Shown here: piece after piece, positions 47,536 through 56,716 of the stretch
Layout of the letters: each line of letters begins with the position of its first letter
Position numbering within the stretch: the stretch's first letter is position 1
Assembly: GCA_041662985.1 (NCBI GenBank)
Contig: JBAZRJ010000003.1
Location: 3,793 to 67,792 of the forward strand
DNA: 64,000 bases
Origin: Clostridia bacterium
Lineage (GTDB): Bacteria > Bacillota > Clostridia > Acetivibrionales > JBAZRJ01
Reading direction: 5' to 3'
The notes under the pieces: generated by a model
What the model saw: the letters and a program-made list of their open reading frames with translations, nothing else
Told to the model about the DNA's origin: nothing
Database searches by the model: none
Translations under genes and position numbers: made by a program

Positions 47536-48465
47536 TTAAGCTTTTCCGTTGCAGCCCAAAACATTTACAAGCTTGTTTTTCACAAGTAATTTAATGTTTT
47601 CTCTTGCCGGTTTCAAATACTGTCTTGGGTCAAAATCTCCCGGATTCAATGCAAAGTGCTCTCTGATTGATGCTGTCATGGCAAGTCTTAAGTCCGAGTC
47701 GATATTAATCTTGCAAACAGCCATTTTAGCGGCTTGTCTTAACATTTCTTCAGGTACTCCCCTTGCTCCCGGCATTTGTCCGCCGTACTTATTTATTAAA
47801 TCAACAAACTCAGGAATAACCGAAGATGCGCCATGCAATACTATTGGGAATCCCGGTAATCTTTTCTGAACTTCTTCCAAAATATCAAATCTCAAAACAG
47901 GTTCCCCTTTGAATTTGAATGCTCCGTGACTTGTGCCGATAGCGATTGCAAGCGAGTCAACACCTGTCTTAGTGACAAATTCAAGAACTTCGTCAGGGTC
48001 TGTATATGATGAATCTTCAGCCTTAACTTTAATATTATCTTCTACACCTGCAAGTCTCCCAAGCTCTCCTTCAACTACAACGCCCTTTGAATGAGCATAC
48101 TCAACAACCTGTTTTGTCAGTTTGATGTTATCTTCGAACGAATGCTTTGAGCCGTCTATCATGACTGAAGTAAACCCGCCGTCAACGCATGATTTGCACA
48201 CTTCAAAATCTTCTCCATGGTCTAAATGGACACAGATTGGAAGTCCTGTATCTTCTAATGCAGCTTCAATCAGCTTCATTAAGTATACATGTTTTGCATA
48301 TTTTCTTGCTCCTGCCGATACCTGAAGAATCAACGGTGCGTTTTCTTCCCGCGCCGCTTCTGTGATTCCCTGTATGATTTCCATGTTATTGACGTTAAAT
48401 GCGCCAATTGCATAGCCGCCTTCATAAGCTTTTCTGAACATTTCGGTTGATGTTACCAATGGCAT
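47536..48465 (-). CDS. fba: Class II fructose-1,6-bisphosphate aldolase
   Basis: YAIGAFNVNN, VHLDHG, and GTSHGAFKF. Confidence 0.95.
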   Translation of the reverse strand: MPLVTSTEMFRKAYEGGYAIGAFNVNNMEIIQGITEAAREENAPLILQVSAGARKYAKHVYLMKLIEAALEDTGLPICVHLDHGEDFEVCKSCVDGGFTSVMIDGSKHSFEDNIKLTKQVVEYAHSKGVVVEGELGRLAGVEDNIKVKAEDSSYTDPDEVLEFVTKTGVDSLAIAIGTSHGAFKFKGEPVLRFDILEEVQKRLPGFPIVLHGASSVIPEFVDLINKYGGQMPGARGVPEEMLRQAAKMAVCKINIDSDLRLAMTASIREHFALNPGDFDPRQYLKPARENIKLLVKNKLVNVLGCNGKA

Positions 48466-48809
48466 AATAATTCACTCCTTAATATATGTGTTTGTATATA
48501 AAACTCAATTAATCCGTACAGAGGGACGGGTCTTCCGGTACAGAACGACGTTCTCCCAATCCAACTGTCCGTTAAGTTTTTATCACATCAATTCTATCAG
48601 ATTAAATAAAGAAATCAAGTTTTATTCAAAAATTCTTTATCAAATGAAAAGACGGTTCTCGATTTAGGTGACCGTCTTCACAATTTCCCGGCTTAATTTC
48701 AGCACGTATAATTGATTTTTAAAATAGTATATGTTATATTCTTATATGATGTTTTGATGGTATAATTAATATAAATCGGATAGATTTCAACTAACTGGGA
48801 GGTTTTTAA

Positions 48810-50057
48810 ATGAGTACTTTAAAGGGTGCATGTATGTTCGGCCAGTCGGGCGGACCTACGTCGGTAATTAATGCAAGTGCAGCAGGTGTTATACAGGAAG
48901 CGCTTAAGCAGGAATGTATAACTACGGTTTACGGTGCGGCGCACGGTATCAAAGGTATTCTGACAGAGAACTTTTATGATATGAGCAAGGAAGATCCTTA
49001 TGAACTGGAATTGATGAAAACAACTCCGTCGTCCGCTTTGGGTTCGGTGCGTTACAAACTTAAGAATGCGGAAGACGATGAGACTGACTACATAAGACTT
49101 CTCGAGGTTTTTAAAAAATATGACATACGATATTTCTTCTATAATGGCGGAAACGATTCAATGGATACCTGTAATAAAATAAGCAAATATATGCAAAATG
49201 CAGGCTACGAATGCCGGGTTATGGGCGTTCCAAAGACAATCGACAACGACCTTTGGGCAACAGATCACTGTCCGGGATACGGAAGCGCGGCAAAGTTCAT
49301 TGCAACATCAACTATGGAGGTTTATCATGACGCAAGAGTTTATGACACCGGTATGATAACAATTCTCGAGGTTATGGGACGCAACGCCGGATGGCTTACA
49401 GCGGCAACAGCTCTCGCAAGTTACAAGGGCAACGGACCTGACTTGATTTATCTCCCTGAAATCGCATTCGATATTGATGAGTTTTTAGCTGATGTTCAAA
49501 GGATTTATAATAAAACCGGCAAAGTAATTGTTGCTGTTTCCGAAGGTATAAAAGACAAAGACGGAAAATATATATCCGAATACGGTTCAGACCTTGCAAG
49601 CTGCAAGGATTCTTTTGGCCACGCTCAGCTTGGCGGACTTGCCGCAACACTCGCCAGCATTATTAAATCAAAAACAGGCGCGAAAGTTCGCGGAATTGAG
49701 TTCAGCCTCCTTCAAAGATGCGCCGCTCATATTGCATCATTAACCGATATAAATGAAGCTTATCTGGCAGGCCAGATGGCTGTCAAATATGCGGTCGAAG
49801 GCAAAACAGACTATATGGTTGCCTTTGAAAGAGCTGAAGGCAAAGAATACAAGTGCAATATTAAACTTATTAGTCTTGAGGATGTTGCAAACAAAGAAAA
49901 GGTAGTGCCGATGGAATGGATTAATACGGAAGGCAACGGATTGAACGAACAATTTATAAATTATGCATTGCCTCTAATCCAAGGACAGCCTGTACTTACT
50001 CAGACAGATGGTCTTCCGAGGTTTGCAAAACTAAAGAAAGTTTCTGCGAAGAAATAA
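48810..50057 (+). CDS. pfp: Phosphofructokinase, predicted pyrophosphate-dependent (PPi-PFK)
   Basis: PFK fold (GQSGGPTSVINAS, GRNAGWL). The discriminating positions read GGNDS (Asp at the E. coli G104 position) and PKTIDND (Lys at G124), the pattern associated with PPi use. Confidence 0.85.
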   Translation: MSTLKGACMFGQSGGPTSVINASAAGVIQEALKQECITTVYGAAHGIKGILTENFYDMSKEDPYELELMKTTPSSALGSVRYKLKNAEDDETDYIRLLEVFKKYDIRYFFYNGGNDSMDTCNKISKYMQNAGYECRVMGVPKTIDNDLWATDHCPGYGSAAKFIATSTMEVYHDARVYDTGMITILEVMGRNAGWLTAATALASYKGNGPDLIYLPEIAFDIDEFLADVQRIYNKTGKVIVAVSEGIKDKDGKYISEYGSDLASCKDSFGHAQLGGLAATLASIIKSKTGAKVRGIEFSLLQRCAAHIASLTDINEAYLAGQMAVKYAVEGKTDYMVAFERAEGKEYKCNIKLISLEDVANKEKVVPMEWINTEGNGLNEQFINYALPLIQGQPVLTQTDGLPRFAKLKKVSAKK

Positions 50058-50148
50058 TACATATGCTTCCTAAAAAACAAGTCGGCATATCCAACAATAA
50101 ATAGATTATGGGGTACTTTTTACAAAATCACACCTTTATTAGTTAATA

Positions 50149-50180
50149 AAGAAGAAAGGGCGTTAACTCCCTTTCTTCTT
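50149..50180. terminator. Bidirectional rho-independent terminator
   Basis: AAGAAGAAAGGG-CGTTAACT-CCCTTTCTTCTT forms a 12-bp perfect stem, T-rich on both sides. It lies between convergent genes. Confidence 0.75.
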
Positions 50181-50202
50181 TGATATTTCTCGATATTAAG
50201 CC

Positions 50203-53200
50203 TTAATTTACCGTTACCTTGCATTTATCGGTTTTCTTTCCATCAACTGTGTAAACATATATATATGTCGTGCCTTTTTTAATTCCTTTAACAACGCCCG
50301 TTGAGCTTACAGTCGCAAATGCTTTATTCCCTGATTTCCAGGTAACTTTCTTGTTACTTGCGTTTGTTGGGTTCACAGTCGCGCTCAACTTCATGGTTTT
50401 TCCTTTTTTTAGAGATGCCGATATTTTGCTCAATTTTACTCTTGTTACAGGTTGGGTAACCGTTACAGCACATGTCGCAACTCTTCCTCCGCTAACGGAT
50501 GAAGCTATAATCAAAGTTGTTCCTCTTGTCTTTGCGGTTACTTTTCCCGTAGACGTAACAGAAGCAATTTTAGAGTTGGCCGATGTCCACATAACAGCTT
50601 TATTGGAAGCATTGGTCGGATAGACAGTCGCAGTCAGTTTTACCGTCTGGCTCACTTTCAAAAAACTGCTTGCCTTATTGATAGTAATTTTAGAAACACT
50701 AATCGGTGTTGGCTTAGGAGTTGGTATTACAGTTGGCGTAGCCGTTGGTGTTGCTGTCGGCGTTGCTGTTGGTGTTGCTGTCGGCGTAGACGTTGGAGTT
50801 GCCGTCGGCGAAGCCGTTGGCGTAACTGTCGGTGTAGTTGTCGGCGTAGCCGTTGGAGTTGCCGTCGGCGTTGCTGTTGGTGTTGCTGTCGGCGTAGACG
50901 TTGGAGTTGCCGTCGGCGAAGCCGTTGGCGTAACTGTCGGTGTAGTTGTCGGCGTAGCCGTTGGAGTTGCCGTCGGTGTAGCCGTCGGCGTAGCCGTTGG
51001 AGTTGCCGTCGGCGTAGCCGTTGGCGTAACAGTCGGAGTTGCCGTTGGAGTTGCTGTCGGCGTAACTGTCGGCGTAGCCGTTGGTATTGCCGTCGGCGTA
51101 ACCGTTGGTGTTTGATAACCCTCAGGGAAAATTGTGTGATTCTCAATTTTAAATAAGTTATTGGCAGTATCGGATATAAAGAACACTTTCCCGACATCGT
51201 CGGTATAAGGTGCCTCCGCTCTGAAAAGATAATTACTCGCTATTTGCGTCCTCATGCCTCCCTGCGGCGTAACCCAGACACTAAATGTTTTGGAAATCAT
51301 ATTAGCCTGTATTTCAATATGATATTTTGTATTTGCAGAATATGTCACCTTGTTATCATATTCACATAACCAACCGCTTCTGGCGTCAAATATGCCTGCA
51401 TCATTCAATCTGACCTGGATTGCAAGGTCGTCAAAACCGGTTATCAAAGTGGAAGAATCAATATATGCTATTTGAGCATCAATATTATCCGCCAATGGAG
51501 TAACATCAAAACTCATTACCTGATTTCCGGTATTTGAACTTCCCAAGTCATACCCGTTATTTTGCCAATCAGGATTCTTAAAAGAATATGCCGTCTCAAT
51601 AAACGCACCGCCGGGAGTTGCTGTTGGAATTGGTGTCTCAGTCGGTACCGGCGTTGCCGTAGGTGTCGGTTCAAGAGTCGGTGTTGCAGTAGGAAGGTTC
51701 TGGCTGCTGCTTCCGTCCATTTTGATGAAATCATCAGGATTTACAGATACACCTGACCTAATCAATCCGGATGCTGCGGCAATCGGATCTTGAGAACTGT
51801 TCCACTTATTGCCTAATGCTGTATGAATGTAAACCATATCTCCTGTCGGGTAATTATAGATAGTTCCTGTTAAAACTCCGGGATCAATATTAATCGGAGG
51901 GTCGAACATATCATATCTGCCGCCGGGTTTTACTGCTTCCGCATGTTCCGGACTCTCGATAAATTGCATACGTTCCATCTTGCATACCGCAATAGGAGGA
52001 TTTGTGTTTGAACCGGCAATTATAACGCTGTTTGTAAAATTAATGTTTGAAGGTCTTATCGCGGGATCGATCTGGTTATCCAGTTCCCCATGATTATCTC
52101 CGAATATTTCAAATGCGTATTTTGTCGGTAATACTGAATAAAAACTATCGACATACTGGTCATGGTTGAGCCTCATTTCACTTGCGATTGATACAGGCGA
52201 ACCCCTGTCTCCGCAGCGGACCATCTCACAGATACCTCGACCGGGATTAACCTCTTCTCCTCTTTCATTGCCAAAAAGCCAACCCGCTTTTTCTCCGTTA
52301 ATTGAAACACATTCTTCGAAATAACCGCCCTGGAAAAAGAAATTTGACCCTTCGGTTTCAGCAGGGATAGTATGTCTCGGTATGACAGGGTTGCCAAATT
52401 CGTCTCTGTAAAGAGCTCTCTGTCCTGCATCAATTGAAACGCAACGATATAATGAAAGGTTTTTAATATTCCCTCCGGATGCTTCCGGCTCGGTATAAAA
52501 ACCTGCTTTCCAGCAATCTATGGCGTAGCAGTCTCTTGCCACCACATCTTCAATATTCTGATTTTCGCAGAAATCAAAACCTACCGACCAGTCTGCGCTT
52601 CCGCCCTCAATTTTTCCCGATCCTCCGTGCAATGCACGGCAATTTTTAAAATAAATATTTTTTGATGTGCCCGGATTTTGTCCGGTTTGTATTGCAAAAC
52701 TATGGTGGGATGAACATTGCACATTAATGTTTTCAAGTGTGACGGTATTGCAGCTTCCGTATACCCACAGGGTTCCGGTTGCGCCGGCGTTGCCCATGAA
52801 GCACCAAGTTCCGTTTGGGTATGTTCCGTGATAATTATGTATAAGCACATTTTTTACTATAGAATTGGTAATATTGTCTAAAGTCATAACAACATATCCG
52901 CTGAATTCAACATCTTGAATTCTAATATTTGTTGCGCCGCTGACTGTATCGACATATCCTATATTTCCTGACGGTGCCTGTACTGAAGAATCAAGAAATG
53001 TCCTTGTCGCAAAAACAGCTTGTGTCGAGGAGTTGGGATAGAGCATCTGAGACTTGTCCTCAGGAAGAGCAACATGTGTTTCACCGAGAATGCTTGTATT
53101 GCTTCCAATTATAAATTGTCTTGTAGGGCCTTCGATCCAGTATTCTCCCGGTGCAAAATAGCAGGTAACATTGCCCCGAACCAACAAATTTTTTAATGAG

Positions 53201-53457
53201 GTCGGCAGGACTCCATTTGTGCAGATAATTGTTCCGGATGCATTTTTATATAAAGCCGGACTTGTATCAGTGGCAACATGTATCACACTTGCGGCTGATA
53301 CCTTTTCTCCGGTATCAATAATAAACGACATTGTGGAAATCATTGCAACTGTCAAAATTATTGAAAGAAATCTTTTTGCATTAATTATGTTTCTCAAATT
53401 TTTCCCCCTGAATTGGTTATTTATTTTAGAAAATATATCCTTATAGAATTCTACCAT
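50203..53457 (-). CDS. Secreted multidomain protein
   Basis: Domain order: signal peptide, right-handed parallel beta-helix, P/T linker, ~150-aa unassigned module, long P/T linker, two Big_2 Ig-like domains. Signal peptide [21 protein letters not shown]. PbH1-like repeats ([36 protein letters not shown]). The module is at 51133-51591, and the (TPTATP)n linker follows. The two C-terminal Big_2-like repeats are [29 protein letters not shown] and [29 protein letters not shown]. Confidence 0.85.
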   Translation of the reverse strand: MVEFYKDIFSKINNQFRGKNLRNIINAKRFLSIILTVAMISTMSFIIDTGEKVSAASVIHVATDTSPALYKNASGTIICTNGVLPTSLKNLLVRGNVTCYFAPGEYWIEGPTRQFIIGSNTSILGETHVALPEDKSQMLYPNSSTQAVFATRTFLDSSVQAPSGNIGYVDTVSGATNIRIQDVEFSGYVVMTLDNITNSIVKNVLIHNYHGTYPNGTWCFMGNAGATGTLWVYGSCNTVTLENINVQCSSHHSFAIQTGQNPGTSKNIYFKNCRALHGGSGKIEGGSADWSVGFDFCENQNIEDVVARDCYAIDCWKAGFYTEPEASGGNIKNLSLYRCVSIDAGQRALYRDEFGNPVIPRHTIPAETEGSNFFFQGGYFEECVSINGEKAGWLFGNERGEEVNPGRGICEMVRCGDRGSPVSIASEMRLNHDQYVDSFYSVLPTKYAFEIFGDNHGELDNQIDPAIRPSNINFTNSVIIAGSNTNPPIAVCKMERMQFIESPEHAEAVKPGGRYDMFDPPINIDPGVLTGTIYNYPTGDMVYIHTALGNKWNSSQDPIAAASGLIRSGVSVNPDDFIKMDGSSSQNLPTATPTLEPTPTATPVPTETPIPTATPGGAFIETAYSFKNPDWQNNGYDLGSSNTGNQVMSFDVTPLADNIDAQIAYIDSSTLITGFDDLAIQVRLNDAGIFDARSGWLCEYDNKVTYSANTKYHIEIQANMISKTFSVWVTPQGGMRTQIASNYLFRAEAPYTDDVGKVFFISDTANNLFKIENHTIFPEGYQTPTVTPTAIPTATPTVTPTATPTATPTVTPTATPTATPTATPTATPTATPTATPTTTPTVTPTASPTATPTSTPTATPTATPTATPTATPTTTPTVTPTASPTATPTSTPTATPTATPTATPTATPTVIPTPKPTPISVSKITINKASSFLKVSQTVKLTATVYPTNASNKAVMWTSANSKIASVTSTGKVTAKTRGTTLIIASSVSGGRVATCAVTVTQPVTRVKLSKISASLKKGKTMKLSATVNPTNASNKKVTWKSGNKAFATVSSTGVVKGIKKGTTYIYVYTVDGKKTDKCKVTVN
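50757..50976 (-). repeat. Perfect 108-bp in-frame tandem duplication inside the P/T linker
   Basis: 50757-50868 is identical to 50865-50976 (period 108 nt = 36 codons, [36 protein letters not shown]). It is embedded in a ~410-nt ACN-CCN repeat tract (50700-51110). Confidence 0.9.
51133..51591 (-). other. Unassigned ~150-aa module, copy 3 (in the beta-helix protein)
   Basis: [33 protein letters not shown]...[26 protein letters not shown]...FKIENHTI aligns along its length with the two copies in the Rhs protein. Confidence 0.8.
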
Positions 53458-53515
53458 TGTTTACAATAGTAGTAAACATGGCTCTGGTTTTTGAGGATTA
53501 CATTCCCTAATATCA

Positions 53516-53544
53516 TTGACAATTGAAAGTTTGCGTGTTATAAT
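53516..53544 (+). promoter_or_regulatory. Perfect-consensus sigma-A promoter of the AAA ATPase gene
   Basis: TTGACA (53516-21), a 17-nt spacer, then TATAAT (53539-44). Confidence 0.7.
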
Positions 53545-53579
53545 TCTCATAAAGTTTGTTCAAGAGGGAGTATTGATAT

Positions 53580-54788
53580 ATGAATAGAATCCAAAGAAAA
53601 GAATATCTTGATTTTTTAATAAGAGGCAGGGACAAACAAATAGTTAAAATTGTGTCTGGCGTTCGCAGATGCGGTAAATCAACCTTATTCGAGATATATC
53701 GCGACTACTTGAAAGAGAACGGTGTAAATGAAAATCAATTCATATCAATAAACTTCGAGGATATTGATTTTGAATATCTGAATACATATCGCAAGCTTTA
53801 TGATTATATAAAACCTCTTTTGACTGAAAATAAAATGAATTACATTTTCCTTGATGAAATTCAACATGTAGAAAATTTCGAAAAAGCAGTTGACAGCCTG
53901 TTTATCAAAAAAAACTGTGACGTATATGTAACAGGCTCAAATGCATTTTTCATGTCCGGCGAATTTGCAACCTTGCTTTCAGGGCGTTATACAGAATTGA
54001 AGATGCTCCCTTTATCATTCAAGGAATTTTGCTCGGAATATAAAAAGGGCAAAAGTCATTTGCCAAATATACAAAAGTATACGGCTTATCTTGAAAACAG
54101 TTCTTTCCCCTATACCATGCAATTAACGGAAAAAAAAGATGTAAAGCAGTATCTGCAAAGTATATATGATTCAGTGCTGCTGAAAGATATTGTTGCAAGA
54201 CTTAATATATCCGATGTTCTAATGCTTGAAAGCATCGTTAAGTTTGTCTTCGATAATATTGGTAACCTTCTGTCAACGACAAGTATTGCTAAAACAATGA
54301 CTTCAAAAGGACGGAAGATTGACCAAAAAACAGTTGAAAAATATATTAAGGGCTTGATGAACAGTCTTATCGTCTATCAGGCAAAGAGGTACAATATAAA
54401 GGGTAAGCAATACCTTGCTACTCTTGAAAAATACTATGTTGTCGATATAGGTCTCAGATACATGCTTCTGGGGGACAAAGGAATCGATGTAGGGCATATT
54501 CTTGAAAATGTTATTTACTTAGAACTGCTGCGCAGAGGTTTTGATGTTAGTGTAGGCAAAGTCGAAGATTTTGAGGTCGATTTTGTTGCGTCTGACGAAA
54601 ACGGGCTGAAATACTTCCAAGTCGCCGCATCAACAAGAGACAACTCAACCCTTGAGAGAGAATTAAAATCTCTTCAAAAAATATCCGATCATTACCCAAA
54701 ATACATCTTGACTCTTGATGAAGACCCTGAAGCTGACTATGAAGGAATCAAGAGAATAAATGCTCTTGAATGGCTGCTTTCAGAATAA
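53580..54788 (+). CDS. AAA-family ATPase with C-terminal DUF4143-type domain
   Basis: Walker A GVRRCGKST and Walker B IFLDEIQ. The C-terminal third (FEVDFVA....YFQV) matches the ATPase+DUF4143 architecture as I remember it. Confidence 0.8.
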   Translation: MNRIQRKEYLDFLIRGRDKQIVKIVSGVRRCGKSTLFEIYRDYLKENGVNENQFISINFEDIDFEYLNTYRKLYDYIKPLLTENKMNYIFLDEIQHVENFEKAVDSLFIKKNCDVYVTGSNAFFMSGEFATLLSGRYTELKMLPLSFKEFCSEYKKGKSHLPNIQKYTAYLENSSFPYTMQLTEKKDVKQYLQSIYDSVLLKDIVARLNISDVLMLESIVKFVFDNIGNLLSTTSIAKTMTSKGRKIDQKTVEKYIKGLMNSLIVYQAKRYNIKGKQYLATLEKYYVVDIGLRYMLLGDKGIDVGHILENVIYLELLRRGFDVSVGKVEDFEVDFVASDENGLKYFQVAASTRDNSTLERELKSLQKISDHYPKYILTLDEDPEADYEGIKRINALEWLLSE

Positions 54789-54886
54789 TTCTGATTCCAT
54801 ATGTCTGATTCGCTTATCCAGCGCACGGTGTTTGTGTCAATTTCCATTTCTTCTGCAACGCTTGTCGCTGATTTATTGTTTGGCAT
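54740..54886 (-). pseudogene. Possible remnant of an HTH gene (49 codons, runs antisense into the ATPase gene)
   Basis: ATG 54886 after AAGGA gives MPNNKSATSVAEEMEIDTNTVRWISESD. This is an HTH-like helix-turn-helix stretch. The rest is read-through into the antisense of the neighbouring CDS. Confidence 0.3.
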
Positions 54887-54973
54887 GGTTTAGTCCTTCT
54901 TTTGTATGCATATGACTTTATCATTTTGGCTTAATAAAAGTCGAACTATTCCACTACAGACGATAAATTTAAA

Positions 54974-54989
54974 TCAGCGGAACCGCTGA
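54974..54989 (-). terminator. Candidate terminator of the Rhs-ankyrin operon
   Basis: The minus strand reads TCAGCGG-TT-CCGCTGA followed by TTTAAATTTAT, ~90 nt after the ankyrin gene stop. Confidence 0.5.
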
Positions 54990-55077
54990 CTGCACCAAAT
55001 CCTAACAGAATCTTAGCTTTTTATTATCTCGCTATGAAAAAACACTATGATACCTTTTGTTATAAAACTATTCCATC

Positions 55078-56673
55078 CTATTTGGCACCTTTCTTAGAAA
55101 GATATTCCGCTATGTGTTTACTTCCTCTTTGAATGGCAAAAGTCCTTATTGACTTGATGCTATCATCCGAATCAATATACTCCAAATCCGCACCATTTTC
55201 AACAAGTAACTTAACAATATCAAATGCTCCGCTTTGTATTGCTTCAACTAATGCAGAATTGGTTTTAGAGCCATCATCCCATACTCCTATTGCATTAACA
55301 TCAACTCCTTTTTTTATCAAATACTCTGCAATATTTGTTCTGCAAAATTGAGATGCTAAATTAAGTGGCAACCCCTTCAGGCCACTACCATCAACATTAG
55401 CACCACTTTCAACCAATAATTTTACAAAATTCATTTTCCCTAATGTACAAGCCTCTCCTAATAATGTAGTTCCATTTTGATCTTCAATGTCTAAATCTAT
55501 CCCTAAATCTAAAAAATATTTTAAGGAATTTAATTGATCCCATTTTATAGCTTCAATCATAGCCGGTATTATGTTCTTGGCATTACGCGGATATCCATTT
55601 TCAATTAATAATTTTATTATTCTTACATCCCCATTTGCAGATGCAAAATTCATAGCGCTCACCTGGTAACCATTATGTTCATAATATGTTCGAGCACCTT
55701 TCTTCAACAAATACTTTGCAGTTTCATATTGATTATTCCGAACGGACAATATTAATGCAGTTTCATTATCATTGTTTTCATTTTCTGTACCTTTAAATTT
55801 TGCGAGTAAGTATTTTAAAGTTTCTAACTGTCCATATTTTGCCGCAATCGCTAAAGTCGAGTTTTTATTATCATCAAATAATCTGATTTCAAGCCCTCTG
55901 TTTTCAAGCAGTTTAACTGTCTTTAAGTTGCAGAATGCAGTAGAATAAAGCACAATCTTCTTTTCGTAATCTTTTTTTACTTTACCCTTTAATACATACT
56001 CTGCTACTTTTGAAGACTCACCTAATATCGCAGCTTCAAAAACCGGATCTAAATTTGACTTAAACCCGGCATTTATCAACCCCTGTAGAATTTGCTTAAT
56101 CATGCCGTATTTGCAGTAACCAATACTATTTCTCAAAATCGACTCTAATGTTTTTGGGGTAATCTTCGCACCGTTTTTAATAAGCATATTAAATGTCAAA
56201 TTTGAATACTGTTCAAGTGGACCCCATTGTAACATAAAATCCAAAGCCGTATATCCATCCTTACCGGTTTGATTGATTTTTGCCCCATGTTTAAGGAGAA
56301 GCTCACATAATTCATTATTCCCCATACCCGCTGCATACATCAATTGTGAAACACCTGCACTATCAGTGTAATTGGGATCAGCACCTTTTTCTATAAGATA
56401 TCGGGCTATGGAATCCCTTCCATCCTCGCATGCTATCCTAAAAGGGTTTTTTTGTCTCACACCAAATTGTGTGATTTTTGTTAACAAAAATCCACTTAAC
56501 TCGTTTAGATTTGCACCATCATCAATTGCTTCCTTTGCACCTTCTAAACTTCCATTCTCTATACTGGTAAATAATTTCATATCATTTCCTTTCCCTGTTA
56601 TTATTGAGCATGAAGATAAAAACAATCCTACTAAAATTATCATGCCCAATATTTGAATTGGCTTAATTTTCAT
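55078..56673 (-). CDS. Ankyrin-repeat lipoprotein (about 12-14 ANK repeats); candidate immunity protein
   Basis: Signal peptide with lipobox LSSC (MKIKPIQILGMIILVGLFLSSCS). It has many ANK repeats (e.g. GADPNYTDSAGVSQLMYAAGMGNNELCELLLKHGAKIN). A GGAGGG SD is present, and the gap after the Rhs stop is only 43 nt. Confidence 0.85.
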   Translation of the reverse strand: MKIKPIQILGMIILVGLFLSSCSIITGKGNDMKLFTSIENGSLEGAKEAIDDGANLNELSGFLLTKITQFGVRQKNPFRIACEDGRDSIARYLIEKGADPNYTDSAGVSQLMYAAGMGNNELCELLLKHGAKINQTGKDGYTALDFMLQWGPLEQYSNLTFNMLIKNGAKITPKTLESILRNSIGYCKYGMIKQILQGLINAGFKSNLDPVFEAAILGESSKVAEYVLKGKVKKDYEKKIVLYSTAFCNLKTVKLLENRGLEIRLFDDNKNSTLAIAAKYGQLETLKYLLAKFKGTENENNDNETALILSVRNNQYETAKYLLKKGARTYYEHNGYQVSAMNFASANGDVRIIKLLIENGYPRNAKNIIPAMIEAIKWDQLNSLKYFLDLGIDLDIEDQNGTTLLGEACTLGKMNFVKLLVESGANVDGSGLKGLPLNLASQFCRTNIAEYLIKKGVDVNAIGVWDDGSKTNSALVEAIQSGAFDIVKLLVENGADLEYIDSDDSIKSIRTFAIQRGSKHIAEYLSKKGAK

Positions 56674-56716
56674 TTGTTAGCCCTCCATACTGAAGTAAGC
56701 ATCTTATATTTCATTC

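Noticed and set aside
48542-48554. Palindrome AGAACGACGTTCT considered as a LexA (Cheo box) or CcpA (cre) site.
   Set aside because: The Cheo box is GAAC-N4-GTTC, whereas this is N3. cre has an even 14-bp symmetry with a central CG, whereas this has an odd centre. It is kept only as a note under the fba/pfp finding.
50678-51197. Highly regular short repeats that could be mistaken for a CRISPR-like array. Two long ORFs lie on other frames or strands (145 aa GVAVGV... on plus, 156 aa QRLRRRQ... on minus).
   Set aside because: The repeat is a 12-nt codon-level ACN-CCN-ACN-GCN array with no unique spacers. It is in frame within the 1084-aa protein, where it encodes a (TPTATP)n linker. The other-frame ORFs are low-complexity artefacts of the same repeat.
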